From a virus, in the IMG/VR virus record IMGVR_UViG_3300032073_000008, positions 1-64,000 of that record: a stretch of 64,000 nucleotides of DNA. One strand, given 5' to 3'. The notes beneath the pieces were generated by a model. It had not been told where the DNA came from. It did no database searches and saw only the letters and a program-made list of their open reading frames with translations. Every line of letters begins with the position of its first letter. The stretch's first letter is position 1. The position numbers were made by a program, and so were the translations under genes. Positions 1 to 9,528 of the stretch are shown piece after piece.

Positions 1-149
1 TTATTCTCTTCAGTAGTCTCGGGAGACTTTATTTTCTTCCCTCTCTCATCAATAATGCCTAACTTATAAGCATTGGTTTTATTGAAAGGTGTTGTCAACC
101 TTTTAATAAATTGATAAGCGAGAATAAGATCTGCTATCTTTCCAGCCAT
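1..149 (-). CDS. Hypothetical protein, 3'-truncated by window edge
   Basis: ATG at 147-149 directly follows the stop of 150..536. Reads MAGKIADLILAYQFIKRLTTPFNKTNAYKLGIIDERGKK and stays open to the edge. Confidence 0.7.
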   Translation of the reverse strand, partial: MAGKIADLILAYQFIKRLTTPFNKTNAYKLGIIDERGKKIKSPETTEEN

Positions 150-536
150 TTATATTTTCCTAAGAGTCTCAACAATTAAATTGTCTAGTAGTATCTCAGA
201 GTCTTTGATTCTCTTACCATCGACTAGACCAATATCTGTTGGCCAATAGTTTAGCATTATTAAAAAAGGTTTTAAGTAGTGCAGATAACCGTCCAACTTC
301 AAGAACATCATCCTTGTTGCAGCTTTTGCCTCAAACATATTGTAGATAACTATTAAATGATTCAGAATTAAGCGTTCTTTTAAAACACCAGTCTGCTCAT
401 ATTTACGAAACAATCTTTTTATGTATCGTATTCTTTTTAAGTCATCATGAAACTCAAGCAAATCCGTACAATTAGGATTCGTATATGTCTTCATAGCAAA
501 AAGTAAGAAGTTCTCTTCAGTCAAGTTATCAAACAT
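150..536 (-). CDS. Conserved T4-like phage hypothetical protein
   Basis: 128-aa ORF tightly packed in the late block; resembles small conserved T4-like proteins (YxNPxC...EFxxDLKR...LILNH). Confidence 0.7.
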   Translation of the reverse strand: MFDNLTEENFLLFAMKTYTNPNCTDLLEFHDDLKRIRYIKRLFRKYEQTGVLKERLILNHLIVIYNMFEAKAATRMMFLKLDGYLHYLKPFLIMLNYWPTDIGLVDGKRIKDSEILLDNLIVETLRKI

Positions 537-539
537 AAT

Positions 540-914
540 TTAGAATGTGCTCAGTGCTGCCCTCTTAATAACAGTTGAACTAACTGCAACATAGATGTAA
601 TCAGCATCAAACCAAATAGATCCAGCAGCAACATTTGGATTAGTTGTTGTTGGATTATTTGTTGTTGGTGTCGCACTTGTTAGTCTGAGATTACCAGTAC
701 CAGAAAATGTAGTGTTAGCAGAAACAGTAGCGTTGTCACCACTAACAGTAACATCTTTTGTGAACACAGCAGCAGTCGGGACAGAACCAAATATGTTTGT
801 CACCGAAACCTTTTTGCTTACTGGAGTGCCTGATGGATTATCCACAACCATAAACAAATCTTCTGCTGCAACCGATGTTGCAGCAGTCAATGCAGTAACT
901 TTCTTATCAGCCAT
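540..914 (-). CDS. Probable virion structural/fibre-like protein
   Basis: MADKKVTAL N-terminus, Thr/Ala/Ser-rich, GSIWFDADYIYVA C-terminal motif typical of phage fibre modules. Confidence 0.5.
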   Translation of the reverse strand: MADKKVTALTAATSVAAEDLFMVVDNPSGTPVSKKVSVTNIFGSVPTAAVFTKDVTVSGDNATVSANTTFSGTGNLRLTSATPTTNNPTTTNPNVAAGSIWFDADYIYVAVSSTVIKRAALSTF

Positions 915-927
915 CAGCTAAATCCCC

Positions 928-1413
928 TTATGCGTCAGGTAATTGTGTATCGTCTGCAGCGTCGCCAGAGATAGAACCTGCAGCTACTAATGTTTCATAG
1001 TGTATTCGACCAGAACGACCACCAGAACCAGCTGTACGCTTAACCCAACCAGCGTGAGCAATTCGTTTACCTTCGCCAGCAACACCAACCTCTGTAGTGT
1101 CAGCACCAAATACTAAACTAGCGTCACCACCAGACTCAGAATATGTAATGCTTTTTGGCTTTTCAGAAACAACATAGTTAGCGTTTGCTGAAGCACCTGC
1201 TAATGTTCCACCGTTATCTGCTGAACGAACAGTCGCAACTGTCGCATTAGCAATAGCAGTGAATACATAGTCATTACCACCAACATTTAAAAAGTCACCA
1301 ACTTTAAATGCTGTTAAGGTTGTGCTGGTGCCAATAACAGTGCTGTTTGCAGCAGTAACAACTACTGATCCAGGACTTGCACCTATTTTATCTTTCATTC
1401 CCCATAAACTCAT
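928..1413 (-). CDS. Probable virion structural protein
   Basis: MSLWG start and AHAGWV...GR..YETLVA C-terminus, as in T4-like structural proteins; GGAG RBS upstream. Confidence 0.55.
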   Translation of the reverse strand: MSLWGMKDKIGASPGSVVVTAANSTVIGTSTTLTAFKVGDFLNVGGNDYVFTAIANATVATVRSADNGGTLAGASANANYVVSEKPKSITYSESGGDASLVFGADTTEVGVAGEGKRIAHAGWVKRTAGSGGRSGRIHYETLVAAGSISGDAADDTQLPDA

Positions 1414-1452
1414 CTTATTTTTCTCCTAAGATTTATTTTAATTTCTTTCTAT

Positions 1453-3684
1453 TTAGTCTTTTTTCATAGCCAATTTAGTGGCAGTTGCTTCCATCACTCG
1501 TTCCCAGCGATTGCCATATTTCTTTTTAAAGAAGTTTTCGTCAAGTTTTGGTTTAGTTTCAACCTTTTCTTTCTTACCTGATTTAACTTCTTTTTCATCT
1601 CCTTCCTTATCAGTCTTTTCATCTGAATCGTCTTTGTCGATAGCTTTAGAGATAGCTTTGCGTTTCTTGTGTAAGAACTTGTCTGAGCTGTCAACATCAC
1701 CATCGTTGTCGATGTCTTTGTCTTTACGATCTTTGAACTTCTTCTTAACAGCTTTAGGTTGGACTTTATCAAGACCTTCACCGTCATCAGACTTATCATT
1801 AGTGTTGTCTTCGTTAATCTGCTCTGGCTCTTGAACTGGCTCAGGTTTATCTTCATTAGTAGGTTCTTGACCAGTAACAACGCCACGAACAGCATCTAGC
1901 AATGAATCGCTTATGCCATGATTTTTAGCTGTACCAAAAAAGTTTTCATTAGATTCTCTAAATGTAACTCTACCTCTTTGTCCACCTTTTATCTTAAGAA
2001 TGGTATCAACGATTTCAGTCGCTTTCTCTTTATCAACCTTCATACCTTTCATTACAAATTGAATGCCTTGATCTTTATTTTTTGATGGCATCATAAATTT
2101 TTCAGCTTTCTTTAAATATGGGGTTAGACCTTTATTCGCTTCATCTAATTGCACACTAAGAAGTGAAATATATTTTTCATCTGATTCGTTCATTTCTGTT
2201 GACTCCATTTTACCTTTAACTTTGAACATTTTGTATTCGCCTTCTTTCTCAGCTTTGTTTGCTCGGTCAAGATACTTCTTAGCTTTCTGCTCATTGTCGA
2301 ACTTAGAGAACTTAGTGGTATCAGCTTTACCTTTCTTATCGTAGTATTGAACCATGAAGTAATCTTCTTCTAATTCAACAGACTCTTTCTGATCAAAACG
2401 AACACCGTCATCTTTTATTACATAATCAGCCTTTCTATCCATTTTAGCAACAGCAAATTGGTCCATTCTAAAATTACCTTTTGTACCGCTTTTCCATTGA
2501 ACTGTTGCCGCAGGCTTACCATTCACTTTAATTTGTTTAATCACTTTACCATATAACGCCTGACCTGCACCAAAATCCATTTTTACAGTAGCACCTTTAT
2601 CAATATTAAAGGCTTCATCAAGTTCCTCACGAACAAGAACTTGTATGTGATCTTCTCCACTACGCAATCCACCTTTATCAACATGAACATTCTTTTTGCC
2701 ATATTTTTTTATTGCTTGAGCAGCAGTCACGCTGTTGGTTGTTTTCCAACGCATTCCTTTTGGTGCTTTTGGATATGCTTCATCAAGTTGTTGATCACCT
2801 TCAACTTCAGTTGAATTCATTAAGTATTTTTTTCTACTTATAAGCTGAAATGTGTTCTTAATAGATGGAGCAACTTTTGCAATTGCTTTAGATGCAGCGT
2901 CTTCTACTTTCTCAGCACCTTTAATTGTTTTATCTATTTCTTTTATTACATCTTCAAGAGACTTAACTAAAACAGGATCAGAAAGTTTTGTTCTTTGTTT
3001 TTCTGCTTTTTTCTTAGCTACTTTTAACTTTTCTATAGAAGTAAATAAATCACTGTTAGGTATATCACCTACTTTAAACTGAGCACTCATTACTTGATTC
3101 TCATTAAGCTCAACTTCTTCTTTCATATCATAACTAGCAACCAAACCACTAAGCTGATTCACCATAGTCGTTAAGACTGGCATTGGAAGAGTTATCAACT
3201 GATTGTATGCATCTTTTGACAAACCTTTCACTTTGCTTAATTGTTTTTTAACATCAGACATATTAGCTTCTTTAAATGTAACCTTGCCCTTTTGACTGCC
3301 TTTCATTTTAAGAATTCTATTAACTAGATGAGTTGCTTTCTTTTTATTAACTTTCATAACATCCATTACAGCTTGAATGCCTTGTTCTTTATTTTTTGTA
3401 CCCATCATCGCATCTTCGACTTTCTTTAAATCGCCAATAAGAGCTTCATCAAGAGATTCTTCTTCAGCTAGAAAGTCATCAAATGCCTTTTCAAATGCTT
3501 CGTCAAGATCCTTTTCGTCTTTTGTTTCAGGCTTCTCGTGAGTATAACCCAACTTCTTCATGCGCTCATGGTCTTCTGGCTTCTCAGCTTTATACGCTTT
3601 GCCAGTCTCTGGATCATACATCATGTGCGGTTCAAAGTCTTGTTTTGATTCATACATTGATCTAATTGTATTTGCTAGATTCAT
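1453..3684 (-). CDS. Large charged modular protein, probable internal head polyprotein
   Basis: 743 aa, Lys/Glu-rich, modules separated by L-D-E-A and other (L/I/M/F)-x-E linkers; internal 58-aa duplication. Confidence 0.55.
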   Translation of the reverse strand: MNLANTIRSMYESKQDFEPHMMYDPETGKAYKAEKPEDHERMKKLGYTHEKPETKDEKDLDEAFEKAFDDFLAEEESLDEALIGDLKKVEDAMMGTKNKEQGIQAVMDVMKVNKKKATHLVNRILKMKGSQKGKVTFKEANMSDVKKQLSKVKGLSKDAYNQLITLPMPVLTTMVNQLSGLVASYDMKEEVELNENQVMSAQFKVGDIPNSDLFTSIEKLKVAKKKAEKQRTKLSDPVLVKSLEDVIKEIDKTIKGAEKVEDAASKAIAKVAPSIKNTFQLISRKKYLMNSTEVEGDQQLDEAYPKAPKGMRWKTTNSVTAAQAIKKYGKKNVHVDKGGLRSGEDHIQVLVREELDEAFNIDKGATVKMDFGAGQALYGKVIKQIKVNGKPAATVQWKSGTKGNFRMDQFAVAKMDRKADYVIKDDGVRFDQKESVELEEDYFMVQYYDKKGKADTTKFSKFDNEQKAKKYLDRANKAEKEGEYKMFKVKGKMESTEMNESDEKYISLLSVQLDEANKGLTPYLKKAEKFMMPSKNKDQGIQFVMKGMKVDKEKATEIVDTILKIKGGQRGRVTFRESNENFFGTAKNHGISDSLLDAVRGVVTGQEPTNEDKPEPVQEPEQINEDNTNDKSDDGEGLDKVQPKAVKKKFKDRKDKDIDNDGDVDSSDKFLHKKRKAISKAIDKDDSDEKTDKEGDEKEVKSGKKEKVETKPKLDENFFKKKYGNRWERVMEATATKLAMKKD
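1954..2127 (-). repeat. Intragenic domain duplication, copy 2 (copy 1 at 3268..3441)
   Basis: LTPYLKKAEKFMMPSKNKDQGIQFVMKGMKVDKEKATEIVDTILKIKGGQRGRVTFRE aligns without gaps to LIGDLKKVEDAMMGTKNKEQGIQAVMDVMKVNKKKATHLVNRILKMKGSQKGKVTFKE. Confidence 0.85.
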
Positions 3685-3696
3685 TTTTATTATTCC

Positions 3697-6282
3697 TTAG
3701 TTATCAACTTTTTTACTGGCTCGCCACTGATAACAAGACCAGTATCCAGCTTTTGTTTTATCGGTTTTGTTATCACAATCGTGCCTTGCTCTAAATGACT
3801 TTCTTCGCTCTGGATCATCACGCTTGATCTCCATATTTGGATCACCAAATGTGACTTTAACTACATTACCTTTATCATTCTTAACATACACACCAAATTT
3901 CTTTTTAGATCCTGCTGGAAGTCTGAATGGGTCATTCAGCTTTACTTTGCGACCCTGATACTCTGACTCCTCAACAATCAAATCATCATACATGTCAGTA
4001 CACTCTTGACATGGAGTATCTTTCTTATATTGAGCTACAAGTTTGTTAGTACCTTCCTCGCCTGCACCACCTTCCTCAGTGATAGCATCTTTATACATCT
4101 TAGCAAGAACGCGAGCGGTCACACCATTGTATTGTTTGGCAACCTGAGCAGCATAGTAATCTACACTGTGTTTTAACGAACTTCCTTTTGCTTCTTTCTT
4201 TTTGCGAGAATAAATTTGTTTCAATACTTCTAGTGCAGCTTTGTATTTATTCTTACTGACAGTTCTAGCTTTCAAGCGGTCAATCAATTCAGTTGTTGGA
4301 ACTTCTTTCAACAACTCCTTATCTTCCTTTAATGCAACTTTTACTTGTCGCACCTTTGTTTCCATATCTCGAATTTCAGGTTCTAGATCTTTACGTTGGC
4401 GACCGCGACTCTTTTTAATTAAGTCTTGAAGTTGTGATTCAAAAGAATCGAGCTTACGCTTTAGATCACGCTCAGGCTTCCCTTTGTATGGATTTCTAAG
4501 TGCTTCCTCTAGAGACTCAACAATACCACTACCAACTTGACCAAGTTTTTTTCCATAGATTGCTCTGCCAGTTGCTAGATCAACTAAGTCTTGAGCAGCA
4601 CGCCTTGAATACCCCATTTTACTTTGGATATCAGATACTGCACGCTTTGCACCTCGTTTTTTGATTATGTCTTGAATCATGTCAACATGCTTTTTCTTTA
4701 ATGCAAACTTATCACCGTCTTGTGGAAATACACCCATTGATTCATTAACACTTTCTTTCTTTGGCTTTGGCTTACCTTTATGCTTTGCCCATAAATCAGC
4801 ATCGCCAGTAGTTCTTGTCTTACCGCCAGTAATGAAAGAGTTTACACGAGCATATGCCCATTGCTGTTGGCTTGCTCCTGGACGATGTCCAGTCTTCCAT
4901 GCAGCCATTCCGCGATTGTAAACTTTCTTCAGGATACCAAGAGATATGCCAGACTTCTCAGACTTTTTCTTTAGCGCAGTGGCTGAGTCTTCGGTGATCT
5001 CAAAAGATTCTTCTTGGTTCTTAGCTTTAGTGTCAGCAGTACGAGCACGATCCAACATACGATCATGTTTTTTCTTATCAGAAGCCTTTTCTCTGTCTAT
5101 CTTTTCTTTAGCAGAGTCAACTTCACCCTCACCAAACATATCATGATACTTTTTAGTATGTTTAGAAGTACGAGTCTTTGCACCTGCATCGCCAGCATGC
5201 TTATCTGGATATGCTGATGGATCATCCGAATCTTTCTCAGCACCCTTCTTAAATTGAGCATCACGCTTTGCTTTGGTAGACTTTGATAAACCGCTATGGT
5301 ATTTCTTTGGTTGTGTTCCTTCGCGATCTTTGATATCTTTATCCTGAGCAACCCTCGCTTCAAATAATTGATCAAAGTCTATCTCTTCTTTGACGCCACC
5401 GCGAACTCTCTTCAATCTTTCAATCTCCGCTTTACGAACTTTTGGTAATATTTTCTTGGCTATCTTGGGAACAAGACCAGCTTTCTTTGCGACCAACTTA
5501 TCAATCTGTATCTTGTCTGATGGCGATAGAGTAGCATAACTTTTCCCACGATCACCAGCAACCTTTTTACGAACAATTGCAATTGCTTGTTTTTGAGCAC
5601 GCTTTTGTATAGTCTTAGCATCAGCCATTTTCTTTGCTTTCATCTTCTTAATACGCTGTAACTTCGGTGCTAATCGTTTCATCCTACGACCGATAGCTTT
5701 GCGTTGTGAAATGCTTAGTGGCTTTTTATCTTCATCTAAATCTTCTTTTATTACCGACCTGATAGTATCATAGATATCTTTAGCGTCACGGTCATTTAAT
5801 TTCTTTGGTAATCCAGACTTAAATGTATCAAAGTCTCCTTCAACAGCAGTAGCTCTCAACTTTGATGCGGACATACCCTCAACGCCAGTTGCATCGGGAT
5901 CTCGTGCGCCTGCTGATACGACCTTAATAGTTTTAAAGTCATAGTCTCTTCCGTTATACTTTTGTAATAAACCATTGAACTCAGTAACTCGATCAGAGCC
6001 AACAACCATAACAACCTCATCATACTGCTTATCGAGTTCGTCCATTATCTGGAAGATTGTCTTAGACTTTGATTGTGTTACTGACTTACCGAATGCTTTG
6101 CGTGCGAAACGAATCTTCTCAGCGTAGTTGAGAGGATCTTTCTTATTATTCTGAGTGTGTGACAGGTATACTTTTGCTGGAGCTTTTTCTTTCTTTGCTA
6201 CAGCTTCCACTTTATCAACCAGCTTCTGATGTCCGATTGTTGGTGGGTTCATTCTACCGAATGTGATTACTACTTTTGCCAT
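3697..6282 (-). CDS. Cytidylyltransferase-like (HIGH-motif nucleotidyltransferase) multidomain protein
   Basis: N-terminal TFGRMNPPTIGH, VVGSDRV and MSAS motifs, followed by several basic modules (e.g. GHRPGASQQQWAYARVNSF; C-terminal FRARHDC...YWSC). Confidence 0.75.
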   Translation of the reverse strand: MAKVVITFGRMNPPTIGHQKLVDKVEAVAKKEKAPAKVYLSHTQNNKKDPLNYAEKIRFARKAFGKSVTQSKSKTIFQIMDELDKQYDEVVMVVGSDRVTEFNGLLQKYNGRDYDFKTIKVVSAGARDPDATGVEGMSASKLRATAVEGDFDTFKSGLPKKLNDRDAKDIYDTIRSVIKEDLDEDKKPLSISQRKAIGRRMKRLAPKLQRIKKMKAKKMADAKTIQKRAQKQAIAIVRKKVAGDRGKSYATLSPSDKIQIDKLVAKKAGLVPKIAKKILPKVRKAEIERLKRVRGGVKEEIDFDQLFEARVAQDKDIKDREGTQPKKYHSGLSKSTKAKRDAQFKKGAEKDSDDPSAYPDKHAGDAGAKTRTSKHTKKYHDMFGEGEVDSAKEKIDREKASDKKKHDRMLDRARTADTKAKNQEESFEITEDSATALKKKSEKSGISLGILKKVYNRGMAAWKTGHRPGASQQQWAYARVNSFITGGKTRTTGDADLWAKHKGKPKPKKESVNESMGVFPQDGDKFALKKKHVDMIQDIIKKRGAKRAVSDIQSKMGYSRRAAQDLVDLATGRAIYGKKLGQVGSGIVESLEEALRNPYKGKPERDLKRKLDSFESQLQDLIKKSRGRQRKDLEPEIRDMETKVRQVKVALKEDKELLKEVPTTELIDRLKARTVSKNKYKAALEVLKQIYSRKKKEAKGSSLKHSVDYYAAQVAKQYNGVTARVLAKMYKDAITEEGGAGEEGTNKLVAQYKKDTPCQECTDMYDDLIVEESEYQGRKVKLNDPFRLPAGSKKKFGVYVKNDKGNVVKVTFGDPNMEIKRDDPERRKSFRARHDCDNKTDKTKAGYWSCYQWRASKKVDN

Positions 6283-6371
6283 TTACGTGTTTCCCTTGGG
6301 CTTAACGTGTTAAAATTAGTTGTTGACTTATCTCAAATTAGACGTATAATAGAGGTGTCGTTTTGTAAGTG

Positions 6372-6379
6372 TATTTATA
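6372..6379 (-). promoter_or_regulatory. T4-type late promoter TATAAATA
   Basis: Exact TATAAATA in the intergenic gap upstream of 3697..6282; gp55 is encoded in the window. Confidence 0.75.
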
Positions 6380-6386
6380 AGTTTTG

Positions 6387-7313
6387 TTACTCTAACAACC
6401 CACCTTCTTCTAGTTCATTTCTGAAATATTCAATTGTCTTTTCCATCCCCTCTTCAAGAGTTACTAATTTAGAAGGATCCATATCGACAAGAGCAAGAGT
6501 AGATGTATCTGCCTTTACCACATCACCAACATTCTCACCTGGACGCATAGGAAGATTAACAATCTTTGATTCACTATTAGACATTCGGATAATAGTCTCA
6601 GCAACTTCTTGAACAGTGCTGTTTATTTCTGGACCAACTTCAACAGTCCTATCAAATACAACACCATCTGCTGCTTTCTCTACAGCAGTAACAAGAGCTT
6701 TTGCTACATCACCAACATAAACCATATCAGAAACTTGCGAGCCATCACCATATACTTCCACATCTTGATTTGTTAATGCACGGCACGCAAAAGAAGGTGT
6801 TATCTTTCGTACCTTACCAGAACCAAATGGTGCTACTGCAAGTTGTCTTGGACCATATGCATTCATAGCTCTTACTATATTAACTTTTGTTCCGCGAAAC
6901 CGATTGAACATATCAATAAATCTTTCTATCATTGTTTTTGTAATTGAGTATGTATTATTCATCCAATGATTTCCAACACCGATATATGCACCTGGAAGGT
7001 CATACTGTGCTGCAGCTTCGAGAACATTTAATCCACCAACCAAATTTGATTTAGCAGCAGGTCTTGGATTCTGAATAGTCTCTTGTGTGCCAAGAACAGC
7101 AGCAAGGTGGATCCAACCATCAACATGTGCCATTGCTTCAGTAACAGCAATGTCGTCCATAATATCGCCTGAGAATACTTCAACTTCTGGATCATACTCT
7201 GAATAATGTCTCCTATGATGATCAAATATAACAGGCTTGTGCCCTCTTGATTGAAGTTCTTCTACAACATATCTTCCAATAAAACCCATACCACCAGTAA
7301 CTAAAATTTTCAT
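6387..7313 (-). CDS. NAD-dependent epimerase/dehydratase (extended SDR)
   Basis: TGGMGFIG Rossmann motif, HLAA, YSITK catalytic YxxxK, NAYGP. Confidence 0.9.
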   Translation of the reverse strand: MKILVTGGMGFIGRYVVEELQSRGHKPVIFDHHRRHYSEYDPEVEVFSGDIMDDIAVTEAMAHVDGWIHLAAVLGTQETIQNPRPAAKSNLVGGLNVLEAAAQYDLPGAYIGVGNHWMNNTYSITKTMIERFIDMFNRFRGTKVNIVRAMNAYGPRQLAVAPFGSGKVRKITPSFACRALTNQDVEVYGDGSQVSDMVYVGDVAKALVTAVEKAADGVVFDRTVEVGPEINSTVQEVAETIIRMSNSESKIVNLPMRPGENVGDVVKADTSTLALVDMDPSKLVTLEEGMEKTIEYFRNELEEGGLLE

Positions 7314-8125
7314 GTAAGTTTTCCTTCGTTATAATATTGTTTCCACAAGTTTGTAAAATTTATTCCTGAATATATATATTCATCTGTCCATGGGAGCTTT
7401 TTACCACCACCAATATAATGTAAAATATATGGATCTTTAAGCATGCCCATTTCTTTTGCCATAGCCAACCATGAAACATCTGTATTCATTTCAAACGGTA
7501 ATTGAACAAAGTTTCCTCTTAATATCCAACCCAGATAACTTTGCACCACAAATGCTCCATCTGGCACATCTTTATCTAGTGTAGCATCAATAAACATATC
7601 AGTCAATTGTAATTCCATCCATTTTTTATTATCGAATAGCATTATTCCAGATTGACAAGCTGGTGTTTCGCCTAGACCGAGATCAGTATCATAATCTCTT
7701 CTGAGCATTTGTTTTTCTTTATTCCATGGATTACCATTTAATGACATTGCGACTGGCATGTCGTGCATGTCTACATCCCACAAAAAAGAAAAATCTTTTA
7801 TAGCGATAGTGTCAGCATCCATCCACATAGATCTAGAATATTTTTTATGTGATAAGTTTGGTATCAATATTCGATTATACATTGACGGCATACCGCTATC
7901 AGCTCTTCCATCTCCCCACCCTCTACCGCTTGGGTTACATGGTAATGAAACATTAAAGATAAGTTCTATATCTGGGTGTTCAAGTTGTTTGAATTCTTCT
8001 GGCTCGCCAGTACAATAAACTTGGAAATCAAAATTCCACTCAACTTCTTTTTTTAGACTATTGAAAAGAGCAATGACACCAGATATGTGTGATGGGGTGC
8101 ATCCTGTAACTATATTATTTTTCAT
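7310..8125 (-). CDS. Glycosyltransferase, GT8-like
   Basis: R-I-L-I-P, WMDADT (DxD), SGIMLFD, ILHYIG..KLPW motifs. Confidence 0.8.
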   Translation of the reverse strand: MKNNIVTGCTPSHISGVIALFNSLKKEVEWNFDFQVYCTGEPEEFKQLEHPDIELIFNVSLPCNPSGRGWGDGRADSGMPSMYNRILIPNLSHKKYSRSMWMDADTIAIKDFSFLWDVDMHDMPVAMSLNGNPWNKEKQMLRRDYDTDLGLGETPACQSGIMLFDNKKWMELQLTDMFIDATLDKDVPDGAFVVQSYLGWILRGNFVQLPFEMNTDVSWLAMAKEMGMLKDPYILHYIGGGKKLPWTDEYIYSGINFTNLWKQYYNEGKLT

Positions 8126-8143
8126 CTAGTGGACCTTTGAAGT
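8110..8143. repeat. 34-bp direct repeat, copy 1
   Basis: ctatattatttttcatctagtggacctttgaagt; 33/34 identical to 8733..8766. Confidence 0.9.
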
Positions 8144-8748
8144 ATTTTAATCTTTTTTTGTTGACCAACGAAAGGTTCGTTATAATATCCTTCCATATCC
8201 ATGGGTGCTTCTGTGTATACACAAGCATATAACCCACGCGGTTTGTCACTTGTATTCTCATTTGACGCATGAACAGTAGATCCATTGATTGCTACAATAT
8301 CTCCTGCTTTGGGCAGGAGTGTTTTCCACTTATCATCTTTATCTCTAATAAACAATGCACCATTGTGTCTGGTGAAATCATCTATTGCGATACTAAGATT
8401 TACAGTGTGTATATCATTACCTTTGTTTCTCAATGAGTATTGATTGTCATAATGTGGTCCAAAGCTCATCTTATCATGCGGTAGTTTGTATATCATCTGA
8501 TCATTGAATAGATGGGGTGTGCCCAATAGGTCAGTTGCAATATCCTTCATTATATCAGAAGTGTATATCTCGGTCAAGGGTTGTGAGAACTTCCCTGCAC
8601 ACGATATACCTTTCCATGTAGAATACTTATCACATTCTGTCCGCATATTATGTCCACAATCAGAGAGTATTTCAAGATCTTTTTTAGAAAAGACATTAGG
8701 TATGATTACCCATCCTTCTTTCTTATAGTGATCTATATTATTTTCCAT
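8122..8748 (-). CDS. PhyH-like 2OG-Fe(II) dioxygenase
   Basis: Y..EGWVII start, H-x-D (HYD), distal H (VHAS..N.S..PR), GDIV motif. Confidence 0.85.
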   Translation of the reverse strand: MENNIDHYKKEGWVIIPNVFSKKDLEILSDCGHNMRTECDKYSTWKGISCAGKFSQPLTEIYTSDIMKDIATDLLGTPHLFNDQMIYKLPHDKMSFGPHYDNQYSLRNKGNDIHTVNLSIAIDDFTRHNGALFIRDKDDKWKTLLPKAGDIVAINGSTVHASNENTSDKPRGLYACVYTEAPMDMEGYYNEPFVGQQKKIKILQRSTR

Positions 8749-8766
8749 CTAGTGGACCTTTGAAGT
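8733..8766. repeat. 34-bp direct repeat, copy 2
   Basis: ctatattattttccatctagtggacctttgaagt; with copy 1 it brackets the PhyH gene. Confidence 0.9.
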
Positions 8767-9487
8767 GTTCTAAACCTGCTTCTGTTTTTAATCTTGATTC
8801 ATTCCAAACATGACCGCTTTGTGTCTCATGTATTTTTGTATTAGCAACAATACCATATCTCTCAAACCTCTCACGCAACACATCAAATATATAACTGTCA
8901 TGCCATTCAGATTCGCTAAAAATTAATAAACCATTATACATACCAGACATTGCATTCCAAAAATAATAATGAATTGGATGTTGTGTATCAAACATAACAA
9001 ATCCGCATTCACTGTGTCTTTGTGTTCTAGAAAGGTATGCCATATAATCACCCTTTATCAATAAAGAAGGAAAGAATTGATTATCAATATTTTTGGTTGC
9101 CTTTGTGTCAGCATCAATCCATATTAAATATCTTCCTTTCGGTGATTGTAGTGCTTGGAATATAGAATATATTTTGTAAGCAAATCTTGTAGCATCCCAT
9201 TTGAACATAAGTTTTTTATCATACTCGTCAGAGTTTCTTTCAGCTGTTATAACACTACTTATCAAAGGTGTGGCGACATTACTAAATGCTTCATACAAAT
9301 TTGTGTCTAGTTTTTGATATTCAATTTTTTCACCTGAAAAGAGTTCATCGAACTTATCGAAGTCATCTATAAAAACAGTAAGTGAGGAGTTGTCAGGCAG
9401 GTATGAATTCATGCTGACGATCATGTTTTCGCCAAATGCACGATATTGTTTGATTGACATTGATGTAACTAAATGATATTGGTCCAT
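8738..9487 (-). CDS. Nucleotide-diphospho-sugar transferase (GT-A fold)
   Basis: RFAYK, WIDAD (DxD), ECGF, WHDSYIFD, HFKG motifs. Confidence 0.7.
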   Translation of the reverse strand: MDQYHLVTSMSIKQYRAFGENMIVSMNSYLPDNSSLTVFIDDFDKFDELFSGEKIEYQKLDTNLYEAFSNVATPLISSVITAERNSDEYDKKLMFKWDATRFAYKIYSIFQALQSPKGRYLIWIDADTKATKNIDNQFFPSLLIKGDYMAYLSRTQRHSECGFVMFDTQHPIHYYFWNAMSGMYNGLLIFSESEWHDSYIFDVLRERFERYGIVANTKIHETQSGHVWNESRLKTEAGLEHFKGPLDGK

Positions 9488-9528
9488 TCATCAAATCCCA
9501 TAATATAATTAATAATATATATAAGCTG

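Noticed and set aside
41-51. 11-nt match to the CU-loop hairpin (ctctctcatca)
   Set aside because: It lies inside coding sequence (IDERG), about 100 nt from the start codon. It also shows that such matches can arise by chance.
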